Made by a program: the position numbers and the translations under genes. A model generated the notes under the pieces. It ran no database searches. It saw nothing but the letters and a program-made list of their open reading frames with translations, and was not told where the DNA came from. Source: Azolla caroliniana (lineage: Eukaryota; Plantae; Polypodiophyta). Taken from it: 64,000 nt of DNA. The stretch is from NCBI GenBank assembly GCA_043228905.1, contig JBHGNT010000014.1, positions 3,348,001 through 3,412,000 of the forward strand. Direction: 5' to 3'. This document shows positions 1 to 13,774 of this stretch, piece after piece; the first letter of the stretch is position 1, and each line of letters opens with the position of its first letter.

Positions 1-1650
1 CCGTCAAACCATACATTTTCTAAGTTGGAAGTGCTTGTTGGGCATGATGTTATCATCGAATTCGCTCTATGCCACATCATGACCATTCTGCCACAATTGT
101 CGTAGTCAGAATTTGAGGTGTAGTTACTACGTTGTCGGCTTGTGAAGGCCAATTCACTCTTCTTTTTCTGACACTCCACCTTGTAGTAGCCAAATTTGCC
201 ACAATATCTATAGTAGACGGAACTGTTTTGTTGGCTGGGTCCGGCATGATTGCTCCCCCTTCTACCAGACGCTCCGCCTCGTGCATTTGAAGCATCTTGC
301 CAGTAGTAGAAGTTGTGTTGTCAGGGTTTTTCTTGGTTGTGTCAGCCTCGGCCGAATCAGCCTCTTCTTCCACGCCTTTGTCCCCTTCCTCCATCCGAGT
401 TTGAATAGAGCATGTGTCCTTGCACATTGCTCCTCATTCGGACGTAATTCTTCAACTAGAATCATCGACTGAAGATCGAAGAATGAGAGAGGACTCTCCC
501 TTGCGGGGACTACCGGCCGCATGGCTCCGAACTGAGGTGTTAGGCCTCCGAAGCATATCTGCACCATTTCATTTTTGTCAATGTTAACGTCGATCGACTC
601 GAGGGAGTCGCACAACTCCATTGATTACATTCAGGGTCATGATTGCTACCTTTGCTAAATAGATCTTTGGCATGTCCTTCTTTTGTAGCATGGCACAAGC
701 CATCTCAAGAATTCTGTGATTTTTCTACTCAGCAGCACCATTTTATTATGGTGTATACCGACAAGAGAATTCATGGTGAATCCCCTTCTTTTCTAAATAG
801 TTTGTGAACTCGGCTAAGAAGTATTCTCGGCCGCCATTCGATAATAAGCATCAAATCTTGCAATTTGTCTCATTTTCCATGCAACTCTTTAACTTGAGAG
901 AGTGAGATGTTTCCCTTCTTGAGTTCATCGAGCATATCTAGGTAAGCCACAAACAATCGTTGATGAAGGTGACGAAGTATCTACACCCTGTCTCACTCTG
1001 AACTAGACCCCATATATCCGAGTGAATGACGTCCAACATGCATTTACTCACATTCCACTCACTCAAGAATGGATGGCTATGTTGTTTGCCTAGCTGGCAC
1101 ACCTCACATACATGATTGGAAAGTAAATTGAGCCAAGCCATGCACACTCCTTTCGTTTGCAACTCTCTTGTGCCACAACTCTCTGATTTATGCAGGTTGA
1201 TGGAAGTTCCCCCTTTTTGTAAGAGTGGAGTTTACCAAGCTTTAAATGGCCAACTCTCTTGTGCCACAACTCTCTTGTTGATGCAAGTTGGTGGAAGCTC
1301 CCCCTTCTATCGGAATTCCCTCAATTGATTCCATCTTCTTGCTATCGGGAATAACATTGTTGTGGACCTCATCCACGTCTTCCTCGGCCATTCCTTCCCT
1401 AATTTCCACGACCATGACCTCAACTAAGGTATTGTTGTGTATATGGCATCTACCCATCAAATGTTGCACTTTTTGACCACATGGGGTCTCCTTGACCATC
1501 AACATGTATTGCAAGTTGAAAAAGCTCGAGGGGTTCTCACTCATTATGGCAGTCCAAAATATGCCATACTTATGTCCAACGCCATCGAGGCAAATATGTA
1601 CCATCTTGTTGTTGACTTCAACATTCATGGAGTAGAGTGTCACCCAAGTC
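1..1650 (-). pseudogene. Degenerate Ty1/copia gag-pol fragments (two gag pieces with an integrase fragment between them)
   Basis: ORFs 262-621 (MVQICFGGL..SFFDLQSMILVEE) and 1242-1643 (MVHICLDGV..SFFNLQYMLMVKE) are homologous copia gag segments. ORF 938-1162 has integrase motifs CEVCQLGKQ, HSDIWG, YFVTFIND. Many stops and frameshifts; no LTR visible. Confidence 0.8.
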
Positions 1651-2077
1651 TTTTCTCTTGAGGGTGTAATTTGCTACTAACATATCCCTCTACCCAATAT
1701 TGTTTTAACTCTTGCCAGAAATAATTTGTCTTCTTATTCAAGATTGCCACAATTACTTTTATACTTGTTTCGACATAAAGAAGGTAATAATATTAACAAA
1801 CATTTTGGGTTCCTCTAATGGACAATGCTATCATTGAAATGATTCTTTTCCAATTCCAAGCATTTCCATTATTTTAGTTCTTTTTATTGAAGAAGACATA
1901 TATAAGTTTGCATATCTTTAGATGAGAAAGTTCACGTATTCGAAACATGTACTGCTTTGTTAGATCAATGCAACTGCATGTGCAAATGCACATAATTTTG
2001 TTTCCACGTGTTTATGTACAGATCTCTGCATAAAAAATCAGCTTACACTTTTTGAATTAATACACCTACAAATGAAA

Positions 2078-5000
2078 TTAGGCAGTTCTACTTCGTTTAA
2101 CATTAGTGGAAACTGCGGGTTGTTGACACATACATTCATGGCACCTTGGATGCCTATACACACTTCTAGCTACAGGACGTACGTCGACTCGTTTGGTCTC
2201 TTTTATAGATTTTCGTATTCTCGTCTGAAATTCATCCCAGTCCATGCTCTTGCTTCTCAACAAAATGCTTGCCAGACGGCGCTTATTGGGACGAATAGTT
2301 GGATGATTCCCTTCACCATAGTACATTCGATAGCCTGATACAAGAGCTGAAAATTGACTACCAGGGTCTGTCATTGCAAATGCATCCGCAGTGGCTGAGA
2401 CAATGAAGTCTAGAGCTGCTAGCTATGAGAATGAAGAAGCTTGTGTATTTCAGGCATTTTCTAAATTTATTTGTAAACGGAACACAAAAAAACGGACAAA
2501 TTTTAATACCTGGGAGGAACTTTTGATAAAAGGTTCTATTTCTTTTGGGGATAAAAGGTCTTCTTTAGTTACTAAATTTGGGTAAAGTGAGAGAAGAGTA
2601 GCGGTTCGAGATTGGCCACCAAAAAATTGGGCCCCGGCAAGGTATATTCTAGTCTCTCTCTTAAACCCAAGGGCGGCAAGCATCAATGCAGCCTCTTCAG
2701 GTGTCATTGGACACTTCCCATCCTCCCTTAATGCTGTGGCTGAAAGAATTCTGCAATGAAAGGTGCATTAAAATTAAGATATATAAGCCCATCCTATATG
2801 TCTATTGAAGAGTTATTTTGTATTGTCAGAATTCAATAGATTCACGTTAAACTTTTTTAATCAATTTAGCTTGTTTGTTCTCCCTAAGGTTATCAAAATT
2901 ATTAAAACAAATATTTCCAGTAAGGTTTCTAAGAGCAACATTAATCTCAAATTCAACAACACTACATACTTCTCGTTTATAATGCTCTTAAATCTTAGAT
3001 TAGAGTGGTTTGAAGCTCAAGGGTTCTAATTTTGCATAGGAATAAACAAGAAGACCGAGATCATGCATCATATATTAGAGGATTGTATCCAATCTTTGAC
3101 GATCAAATATGCAAAGATCCTTACTTGCCCCCATTTTTGTATTTCGTAAGCATTGGAAAATGGATCTCCCTATATGCTTCAAGCTCCATTTTCTCGCTTT
3201 CTCCGCCACCAAATTCACACATGGAATAGGCAGCCATATCGATTTCAAACCTCAAGTGGAGTCCAAGGTACTTATAAACTCCACTTGATTCTGAAAAGGT
3301 ATGGGCAGATTTTGCATTCTCGATGTATATTAACTGTGATGCCAAATTGCTACTAATAACACCTTTCACCTCTGCCTTATTTTCAACAGGCGTCCATCTT
3401 TTGTTCTGTTCTCTCATCCTCATTATCAGAAGCGCTGCAGTTCTCTGAATCTTTGGGGAGAACTTCAATGCATGAAAATTGCATTTGCACCGAAGCCGCT
3501 GCAAGAAGTAAACCCAGACAACGATTGCAGAAACACATTAGGATCTACTAATATTCAAATCCCCACTTGTGGCTAAAACACTCATGATCAATACACATGA
3601 AGTAAAGTAAAATAATAAAAGAGCGACTGAGCGCTCATGCACGTTAAAAATATGATTATCAAGTTTTATAGGACCCTCTTCTCAGAAGGCTGGCATGCTA
3701 TGCATTTGCGTAGTATCTAAAGATTTGAGATGGTGACATGCTCTCATACACTTAATATCTCACGATATCAGATGGAGACATGTTGGTCGTCTTAGGCAAA
3801 GAGAAGAAAACTTTTCTTGTGGCAACAAGTAAAAACCCTAGGCAGTAACTAATACAAAATTCGAATCTGGAGTTACATCTAGATATAAATCAGCAAAACA
3901 TAGTACACACCTGTATATGGAAAGGCACTGGATCAAATGACAATCTATGCCCAAATCCATAAAAATGTACAATACGATTACGTAAAAGAATGGGTAGAAT
4001 ATGTTTCACATAAAAGCTTGGTTTTGCTTCTTTTGTAACATCCATATCAGTGACCTGAAACAGGGAGTGCACATAGACAGTTAAAAATGACAAGGTTGAT
4101 ACAACTATACACGTGTTGAAATATATGTGTTGATTTCACACTTACTAAGCTTCCAACAGCTTCCAAATCGAGGGACTGTAAATGCTCTGGGAGCTTCTGC
4201 ACAATTGTAATGTCATCCTTTAGATGCTCCACAAAAATATCCAGTTGATATATATCTTCAAACTGGCTGGGAGAACAAACCAAGGTCCCTTATTGCCTAT
4301 ACATTTCTATGCACCATCATTCCTTATCATATTAAACATAAAGTGTCAACATTGCATGCACTAGTCAAGAAGTGAAAAGATTTTGTATTAACCTGTTATC
4401 ATTCCAAACATTGCTGTAAAGGAATTTTGGAATCACTAAAGTTGCATTCAGGAGATAAGCTACTGCAACAGCATTACAAATCTGGAAATTTATTAAGAGC
4501 ATTATACATCTATCTACCTTTTCATATTTTCAGGAACTTCTCAAAATGTTTGAATCTGATTATTAACTATTTCTTGAAATGTGAACGCAAAGACTTACAG
4601 CAATTCTTTGTTGGTTGAGCCCACCATTTGCACTGACCATGATATATCCTGTACTGACTGGCCTTTGAAAAGCGACTGGACAAAGAGCATCTGTGGTTTG
4701 AATATTCCTTATGAGTACAAGTCATACAAAATTTATGTTTTCCACTTACATTCTGTATTATTTGCACAAGGTTTCCATGTGGAAGAATTAGCAGAAGGTT
4801 CCTTCCAGAGGTCATCTGGTTCAACCTTGTTTTGTCCCTAAAACATGAGAGTGTATATATATAGCTATGAGTTTTTAACTCTAAGGGTTAAGAATCAGAT
4901 AGTACTAATCAGTATATACCTCAGCTAGGGCATGTGCAGCAAGCCCTACAAGATTTTCATACTGAACAACAAAAGCACCACCAGCTTTCATATTGTATTC

Positions 5001-8000
5001 CATTGCCTATTAAACAAATTTCAGATTTAACAAAATATATATCATGTAAACATGAAACATTATGTATATGAAGGTGTCACATGATGTCACTCTCAAGACA
5101 TTAAAAGCATTGGAGACAGCAGGCTTAATAAAATTAGAGAAAAGCTAATGATGAATGGTGGGCATCCAAGCTTCTCAACAATGTAGAACAGCTTGGAGTG
5201 TTAGTATATTGTTTCCCAAGAGAAGAATAACCTTCACAAAGTAGACCCAACTACTCTTTCATACACACTTGGAGTGTACAGATATCTTAAATAGTCAGTG
5301 GAGCAGGCAATAAGTGAAAGGATAGGATCACAGATCTATGAGAAACAGTAGGCAGAGACTTTGCACAATGCGGAAAAAACAGAAATATAACAGAGCACAG
5401 AGTACACAGTATTTTACGTGGAAACCCTAAAACAGTGGAAAACCACGGGCAACAGAGATATACAAGGGAAGAACAGATTACAACACTCACGATACAGAGT
5501 GTATCAGGCACACAGGGCTCTTAGCGTCTAGTATCACAACTATGGCATCGCTCACGCTCTCGCATCTCTCTTCCTCTCACTCTGTTACTCTCGGTACAGA
5601 AGCGCTTCGTTATGTTCTGCACATACCACATTTTTCCCTCGGTGTATTTATACTTGTACACAGTATGGGCTATTTACAAATATAGCAGCTATGATTATTA
5701 TTATTATTATTAGTTGATCAGCCGACTAATCGACTCCTATGTCGATTTTCCAATCGGCCCAACTATTCGGTCTTGTCTTCGACTTGGATCCTCTATCCAA
5801 TACTATCAACTCTCCACATCGACTCGCTGGTCGATCTGATCGACAATCCTATGTTCGGCTTGTCAATCCGACTGTTGACTTCTTCCTCGACTTCGACTGT
5901 TGACTTCTCCCATTGGTGGGACATTTTCCTAACCAACTCCCCCTTCACTCTCATTGGCAAAGTTGGACATTCTAGTCTTCTGTCGACAGACTCTAAGTCT
6001 GTCTGTCGATTGTCGATTGGTAGGTTCTTGCTGAGCATGTCGGATCCATTGTCATCAGTATGGATCTTCACAAGGGTAAACTCTCCTTCATCCACTTTCT
6101 CTCACAACCAGTGATACCTTCTTTGTATGTGTTTGGTCCGAGAGTGGTAAGCAGCATTCTTAGCTAGACGTATAGCACTCTAACTATCACAAGGAAGTAA
6201 GAATTCTCTTTGCTTCATTACCAACTCACTGAGAAAATTTCTCATCCATATCAGCTCCTTGTCGGCCTCTACCTGGCCATATACTCTGCCTCTGTGGTCG
6301 ACAAGGCCACAGACTTCTACAGTCTTGACTGCCACGGATCATCACATAACCAGATGTGGATCGGCTTCAGTCTACATCCCCTGACATGTCTAAGTTGGTA
6401 AACCCTTCGAGCATAGGTTTTTCGACACCATACCTGAGGCACACCCCCAAGGTGCCTTTCAAGTACTTGAGTATCCATTTCACTGCTGCCCAATGTTCTC
6501 TTCTTGTATTACTCATATATCGGCTTACTACTCCCACAACAAATGTTATGTCTAGCCTCGTACAGACCATAGCATACATTAAACTGTCGACGGCTAGGCA
6601 TATGGTACTTTCCTCATCTCGGCCTTTTCCTTCTCCCCTTTGGGGCATTGCTTGGCATTCAGCTTGCCAGTTTGTCAACAACACAGAACCGACTAGCTTT
6701 GACTCTGACATGTTAAATCTTTCTACGATCTTTGTCACATATTTCTCTTGTGACAGCCATAGCACCTTCTTAGTTTTATCTTGAACTATGTGCATCCCCA
6801 AGATTTGTTTAGCCAATCCAAGGTCTTTCATGGCAAACGATTTGCCTAATGCTTTCTTCAAGCTCACAATCCTCTTTGTGTCCTGTCCAACTATTAACAT
6901 GGCATCTACATATAACATGAGAATCAAGAAGTCGCCTTCATGATACCTTTTTACAAACACACAATGATCAGCTTGTGTTTTATGGAACCCATGTTCCAGC
7001 ATGAAGGATTTGAACCATTGGCGTGGAGCTTGCTTCAGCCCATACAAGCTTTCTTCAATCGACACACCAAGTTCTCTTTTCCTTTCTCTACAAGGCCTTC
7101 ATGTTGCTGCATATAGATCTCTTCATCTAGCTCCCCATGCAAGAATGTTGTCTTTACATCCAACTGTTCAATCTCTAAATCCATACTGACAGCTATGCTC
7201 AGAACGGTTCGAATGGATGTCATCTTCACGACTGGTGCGAATATCTCGTCAAAGTCGATACCCTTTTTCTGTTGAAATCCCTTCACCACAATGCGGGCTT
7301 TATATCTGGGTGTGTTGTCGACTTCTCCAGTCTTCACCCTGTAAACCCATTGGTTTCTAAGTACTCTCTTACTTTTTGGTAGCTCCACCAAGTCATAAGT
7401 ATAATTTTCGTGCAAGGAGTCCATTTCGTCTTGCATTGCACTCGGCCATTTCTCTTTATGCTCATCATCTATGGCCTCATCATAGCACTCTGGCTCACCT
7501 TCATCAGTCAAAAGGACATATTGACTGGCATATCTAATCAGTGCTTTCCTTTCTTTGAGTGGATATCTCCTGTCTGCCATGGTCGACTCAGGTTCGGATG
7601 TCTCTGCCGACTCTTCATTCAGCGCGGGTTCATGCATGTCGGTTGATTGTTGGAGTTCAACTGACTCTGACTCATATGCCTCAACCGACTCTTGTAGCTC
7701 TGTCGGCTCTGACTCATATGTATTAGTCGGTTGCGCCGAGTCGACCGTCTCGGATTCGGCTCTTCCGACTAGCTACATTCTCCCAGTTGGTTGTGTCAGG
7801 TCAGCTAATCCTGTGTTCGGAGTCGGCCGAGAAGACGACCCCGAGTGTTGTTTCTAGTCTTCAATTGTCTTGTCTTCCATAAACGCTAAGTTTCGACTCC
7901 TCACAACCTTCTTATCAGAGGCACTGAGGGAGACTTGTTGATCAAATAAATAGCTATGTACATCGCCTTAGCCCAATATGATTTCGGGAACCTTGCATGT

Positions 8001-11000
8001 GACAACATGCTCCTCACTCTTTCCATTATCGTCCAATTCATCCTCTCTGCAAGTCCATTCAGTTTAGGGTTCTTAAGTACTGTGTATTCAACTCGAATAC
8101 CTTGGGCCTTCCCGTATTCTCGAATTGTCCTCTGTACTCGCCACCGTTGTCGGTTCAAATAGCCTTCAATTTCTGACCTGACTCTCTTTCGGCTTTGGCC
8201 TGGAACTCCTTGAAGAACGACAGACAGTGCTTGATCCTTCGATTTAGTAAAAAAAGCCCACATCTTTCAACTATAGTCGTCAATGAATGTAACAAAGTAT
8301 TGTCCACCACGATGCGATGGAGCATCCACGTAGCACACGGCTGTGTGTACTAGTTCCAGTGCACATTCTCTGCTCTTTGGTGGTCTTGAGTGGAATGCTA
8401 CTCTGTTCTGCTTTCCGACCACGCAGTCGACACATCTCTCTAGGTGCACTCCTTTTACTTTTGGAAGAAGTTTCTGGTCGGCTGGGATATGCATACCCTT
8501 TTCGCTCATATGGCCAAGCCTCTTATGCCATATCTCTCCACTCGAGTCGGCAACCACATTCGCTTCATCCTTGCACAGCTTGGCTTGCATCATATACAAT
8601 GTGCCTTGTTTTTGTGCTCGGGCCACTATGAGGTTCCCCCCATAGCACTTCCATTTGCCATTTCAAAAACTACCACTGTAGCCTTCATCGTCCAATTTTC
8701 CGGTTGAAAAGCATGTAAGCTTACCCTTGGACTTGGATCTGGCATGGGACTTGTCCCTTCTTTATAGACTTCTTTGTTTGCTCCTTCCTCTGCCCGAATG
8801 TTGCAACACATTTGCATCTGACTAGGACAAGCCCCCCTTGTCCTTCCTTCTCGTCTCCTCGTTCAAGATGCTTGTCTTTACAACTGGTAGAGACAAGTTC
8901 TCTTCTTGAAACAAGGTGTTGAGAGTCACCACCAGGTTCTCCCAGCTGTCTGGCAGGGTACACAGCAATAGAAGGGCCGGCATAGGATCATCAAGAGGAA
9001 ACTTGGCTGCAGCAAGTTGATTTACTAGCCCCATGAATGTATTGATGTGTACTACTATGCTTTCTCCATCTTTGTACTTCAATCTCATGATCTTTCTCAT
9101 CAAAGATGTTTTGTTGAGAGCATTTTTCCTCTTGTACAGCCCTAACAACTTCTGCCACATCTTGTAGGCATTAGTGTCATTAGCCACATGTTGAAGGACA
9201 CTCACATCTACACATTGTTCGATGGTGGCCACCGCCTTCATGTTCTGGAGTTTCCATTCAGACTCTAATACCCCTATGGGTATTTCTTCTCTGTCAATGG
9301 GCTCGTACAGATCTTTGACTATGAGAAGATCTTCCATCTTGATCTTCCAGTCTGCATAGTTGTGTGAGTTCAAGACCATCATTCCTGGAAAACCACTCAC
9401 ACCTCCTTCCATCTTTGCACTTGTCACTCTGATACCAGTTTGAAAGGATAAGATCACAAATCTATGAGAAACAGTAGGCAGAGACTTTACACAACACGGA
9501 AAAAACAGAAATATAACAGAGCACAGAGTACACAGTATTTTATGTGGAAACCCTAAAACAAGGGAAAACCACGGGCAACAAAGGATCACTATAACAGAGA
9601 TATACAAGGGAAGAGCAGATTACAACACTCACGCTCTCGCGTCTCTCTTCCTCTCACTTTGTTACCCTCAATACAAAAGCGCTTCGTTACATTTTGCCCT
9701 AGGTGTATTTATACTTATACACAATATGGGCTATTTACAAATATAGCAACTATTATTATTATTATTAGTTGATCAGCCAACTAGTCGATTCCTATGTCGA
9801 TTTTCCAGTCGGCCCGAGTAGCCAACTCCCATGTCGGCTATCCAGTCGGCCCGACTATTCGGTCTTGTGATCGACTTAGATCCTCCATCTAATACTGTCA
9901 ACTCTCCTAGTCGACTCATTGGTCGATCCGATCGGCAATCCTATGTTCGGCTTGTCAATCCGACTGTCAACTTCTTCCTCGACTTTGACTGTCGACTTCT
10001 CCCGTAGGAGGGACATTTTCCTAACAATAAGAACCTAAGCTCCTTGGACACAATGCAACAACAATGTTGTTGCTTCTCCTCTGAACTAAACTTACATTCT
10101 GCACTCTAGTCAGCTCATTCTCCTGACCCCAAGCCATAAGACATGTGTAATGAAGGCTCCTCTTGCTTGAAAGATCTCTCCATTCTGGATCAACCTTGCT
10201 AGAGATCTTTCAAATACAAAAATTACAATCTAATTGCCTTGAGAATCCTACATATATCGATAATGGGATTCTTTAGTCACTTTTATTTTTACTTGGTTTT
10301 TCTACTTAGTTACATTTATTTTGTTTTGTTATTTGTTCTCAAAGACGTGACAATGCTTTAAGATGTAATCTCGTTTGGTCTTATTGGCCATTTTGGCCTC
10401 TTAAAAGAGGTTGATATTTCTTTCTTTCTTTCTCAATAGACAAATTGAAAAGAAGTATATGCAATGGCCTACTGACCACCATCATGTATTTCCAATTGTT
10501 TAGAGAAATAACCACCAGTTTTAACAATCCCTATAGGTTTGCTTGTGAGAAGAGAGAAATTCGGAGAATTTTTCTTCAGCTCAAAATATTTCTGAATTGT
10601 TTTAGTTTCTATGAATATTTTGAAGAACTCTCAGGCATTTGAGACCCTGTTGCTGCCAGGTTCCTGCTAAATATATGTAGTACATACCTAGAGGTATCAA
10701 CAACCACTACTTTAGGAGAGATCCTCACTTTATTATCAGGTTCTTCTGCAGTCTTCATCGGTTTTAATTGAACATTTTGCTATTGGCTGATTCACATTCT
10801 TCCCATTGAATCTTGGTAGTCCTTCTAAGAAAGCGTATTGCATGATAACAGGCACAAAACTTTATATCCCTACCAGCCCATCAAGAAACAGATTCCATTA
10901 TTACAGCAACCCAACTATTAGACAGCATCCAAATTAACATTTTTTCTCACTCTATATTTTTTCGGTATTGTTCGATTATCCCAAAGCTTGCAATGATCTT

Positions 11001-12380
11001 GCAAATTGTATTCAACTTCCTTTGACAAATGGCAAACACATGTTATGACATTAGCTTAACAAAACCAACAGTAACATTTTCATCAGCAAAGTTCCCAAGA
11101 AGGATGGACAATCAATCCTTGTAAACATATGAAATAAATTTTCTTTTGGGCATCCATAAATTAGTCTATTTTTGAGCTTCAAGTAAAGTTCACTGAAGTT
11201 CGATTCTAGTATTGTACTATTTCTTTAAAGAAAATTCCTGAAAGATCAAGTTACCACTATTTACTGATGAACTGTATGATTTCCTGCAAGATTAAGAGAT
11301 TTTAATTGTGAGTTAGCTTGGACATTCATAGAGAGTTGGCAAATTTTTATTGATTTTGTATAGGAAAATGTGCAAAATAGAGCTAAGATATAATTTCCCA
11401 GTTTTTGCAAATTGTGGCAATAGCTAAAAAGCTCCCTACGACATGTTCTCATCATCCAACAATAAACAGTAAATTTGGCTAAACAATGATAATCACAGAT
11501 ATGGTCTCTAGTTTGTCTTATACATTTGTCTCAATAGGATGCAGCGTAGAGAAGTCGTCAGTTCATCTCAAACATTGCTAAGTAAAAGCTCAATAGAGGG
11601 ATCAAATACGTGCCAAGGCACAGCTATCTAAGATTGTCTATCTAGAGATTTAGAAGCTGGAAATATTGGCACCTCCAAGATGGTTATTTTTTGAAAGGAC
11701 TAGAGTGCTAATTCAACATCCATACTCAAAAGGCCAGAATAACACAGAATATTTTCCATGGATCCCTGATTCAAGGTTGAGTATTTCACTAAAGTTTACC
11801 CCATACGATTCTGAGAAAACGAACAGCGAAGTATACAATAATGTAGTACTTGTTTGGTTTTGACATTGTGGATGGCAGAATCACACCTATCATTCATTCT
11901 CTGTGTATTGTCTAAACATCCACAGGAAGACAATTTGACTTTTGTTCATCCCACAGCAATGATATAGATCATCACTCTTCAGGCATCATCAAAGGGCTAT
12001 TCATCCAGTCTTTTTCGAGGTTCTAATTATTAGTCCCCTCACAGAATCAAGTTCTTCCAAACTTAAAAAATTTTCACATGTTGAAAACAGACTTGTACCT
12101 GGGATGTTCGATGGTAATTAGATCCAGCTTCATGAAAGCGAGGGAAGATACACCAATGCAGGAACAAGAAGAGGCCAAAGACTAGAGGTATGCCAAGGAC
12201 GACAACAGAAACGCTCCTGCTACTGCTGTTGCTGCTGCTACGGCGGCGGGGGCGGGGGCGACGGAGGAGCAGAGGAGCTTGGAATAGCGGCAATAGTTGT
12301 AATAGCAGCAGTGGTAATAGTAGTAGACCATGGTTTTGGGGGTGCTTCCTTGAGGCATGAGCAGGCAGGGGGATCGCCAT
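2078..12380 (-). CDS. O-fucosyltransferase family protein (DUF246/GT106 plant Golgi glycosyltransferase), spliced
   Basis: GT-AG exons with consistent phase: 12380-12099, [candidate 10206-10096], 5006-4920, 4837-4750, 4675-4599, 4481-4393, 4266-4146, 4054-3911, 3498-3125, 2750-2510, 2422-2078 (TAA). Family motifs: WKPC, VSANGGLNQQR, ICNAVAVAYLLNATLVIP, RLRCKCNFHALKF, LHLRFEIDMAAYSMC, GKCPMTPEE, LAALDFI, SVYRHPRCHECMC. Exon 1 encodes a basic cluster plus a TM segment (VVVLGIPLVFGLFLFLHWCIF). The start codon is the least certain part. Confidence 0.9.
5315..5934 (-). repeat. 3' LTR of copia 5315-10026
   Basis: Direct repeat of 9441-10026, adjacent to the PPT. The terminal dinucleotide is mutated (CC instead of CA on the + strand). 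Confidence 0.9.
5950..9412 (-). pseudogene. Copia gag-pol, disrupted by stops, frameshifts and deletions
   Basis: Gag MEGGVSGFPG..NYADWK from 9412; GAG-pre-integrase WHKRLGHMSEKG; INT; RT YKARIVVKGF, LYVD(A); RNase H IHTDDNGSDMLSK. Confidence 0.9.
9441..10026 (-). repeat. 5' LTR of copia 5315-10026
   Basis: TG...CA termini, adjacent to the iMet PBS. Confidence 0.9.
10096..10206 (-). CDS. Candidate small phase-0 exon of the O-fucosyltransferase gene (stem region)
   Basis: T-rich tract then AAG acceptor, 111 nt open (ISSKVDPEWRD...ELTRVQN), GTAAGT donor. The phase matches both neighbouring exons. Confidence 0.5.
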
Positions 12381-12760
12381 GGGAGCAGAGTGAAGCAGAA
12401 GGAGAAGAGGAGAGCATGATAAGAGAAGAAGGGGGGAGGGGCGGGATCAACTTCTTTGGAGGCACGATCTTCTTCTCTGCAGATCCAAGCTCCTCATCGC
12501 CCGAGAGCATGCCAACACCAAAACCGGTTCCGGTTCGGTTCTGCTTTTCTGGCGCCTTCTCTTCTTCGCTTCTCTGTGTTCGGCTTTTCCAAGCCGGCCA
12601 AGCCAGAAAACACAAAGAAGAAGGAACCGGCCATCTCTCCGGTTCAGCCTGCATTGGATCTATATCCCTCAAAGACACCTATGGACGAGAGGTTGAAAAG
12701 ATGAGTGGATTGGATGGATGGCCTGATGGACGCACGCACGGACTGATGGATGGATGAACG

Positions 12761-13345
12761 TGTTAAGAAAGTAATTGTCAATCCACTAGAACAAGGAATA
12801 TGCTGAAATACACAACTCTCTAATGCATAGAAAACAGTGTACACTGATTTAACGTGGAAACCCTAAAGCGGGTGAAAACCACGAAGAACGGAGCTTCACT
12901 ATACAGTGGATATGCAACAACAAGATCACAGTACAAGACTCTCTACATAGAGTGTAAACAGCCTCGAAGGACTCTTGGCGTATGTTGTTACTAAACACAA
13001 CTATGGCGCCGCTCACTCACTCACGCTCCCTCTCCCTCTTTTCTCTTCTCTCACACACAACACACAGAGGCTCACTCACACACACACACCTATATATGTT
13101 TGGTTTGCCCTAGGTGTATTTATACTAATACACAGAATGGGCTATTTACAATCATGGCCATTGTTATTATCCAATAATAGTGGTAGTAGTCTTACTAATC
13201 AGCCGACTCATTCGTTGACTATCGAGTCGGTTTGACTAGTCGGTCGTGTCTTCGGCCTCGATCAACTCTCTCTGAGTCGACTCCTCAACCGTCAGCTCTC
13301 ATCTAATCAGTCGGCTCCTCCCACTGGAGGGACATATTCCCAACA
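12761..13345 (-). repeat. 3' LTR of copia 12761-18914
   Basis: TG...CA termini; direct repeat of 18317-18914. Confidence 0.92.
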
Positions 13346-13774
13346 AACTCCCCCTTCACTCTTGTGGGGATGGATGGAGTCTGTTATTCCTATCCTTTGT
13401 CGACAGACTCTAAGTTGGTCCATCGGTAGGTTCTTCGTCAGCATGTTAGATCCATTGTCATCAGTATGGATCTTCATGAGGGTAAACTCTCCTTCTTCGA
13501 CTTTCTCCCGTATCCAATGATGTCTTCTCTATATGTGCTTGGTCCGGGAGTGGTATGCAACATTCTTGGCTAGATGTATGACACTTTGGCTGTCACAATG
13601 AAACAAGAAATCCTTTTGCTTCATCCCCAACTCATTGAGAAAGTTTCTCATCCAAATCAGCTCCTTGTCGGCCTCTACCATTGCCACCTCTGTGGTCGAC
13701 AAGGCCACAGACTTCTGCAGTCGTGACTACCACGACACTGCTCCCCCTCCATAGGTCATCACGTACCCTGACGT

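Larger units (their letters stand above)
5315..10026 (-). mobile_element. Ty1/copia LTR retrotransposon (Tnt1/Tork-like), degenerate, intronic
   Basis: LTRs 5315-5934 and 9441-10026. TSD ATAAG (5310-5314, 10027-10031). PBS TGGTATCAGAG (tRNA-iMet) at 9427-9437. PPT at 5935-5945. Gag, INT, RT and RNase H fragments in copia order. Confidence 0.95.

Noticed and set aside
9413-9607. N-terminal hydrophobic extension of gag in ORF 8822-9607
   Set aside because: It reads through the LTR and PBS. The real gag start is the ATG at 9412, as in the sister element.
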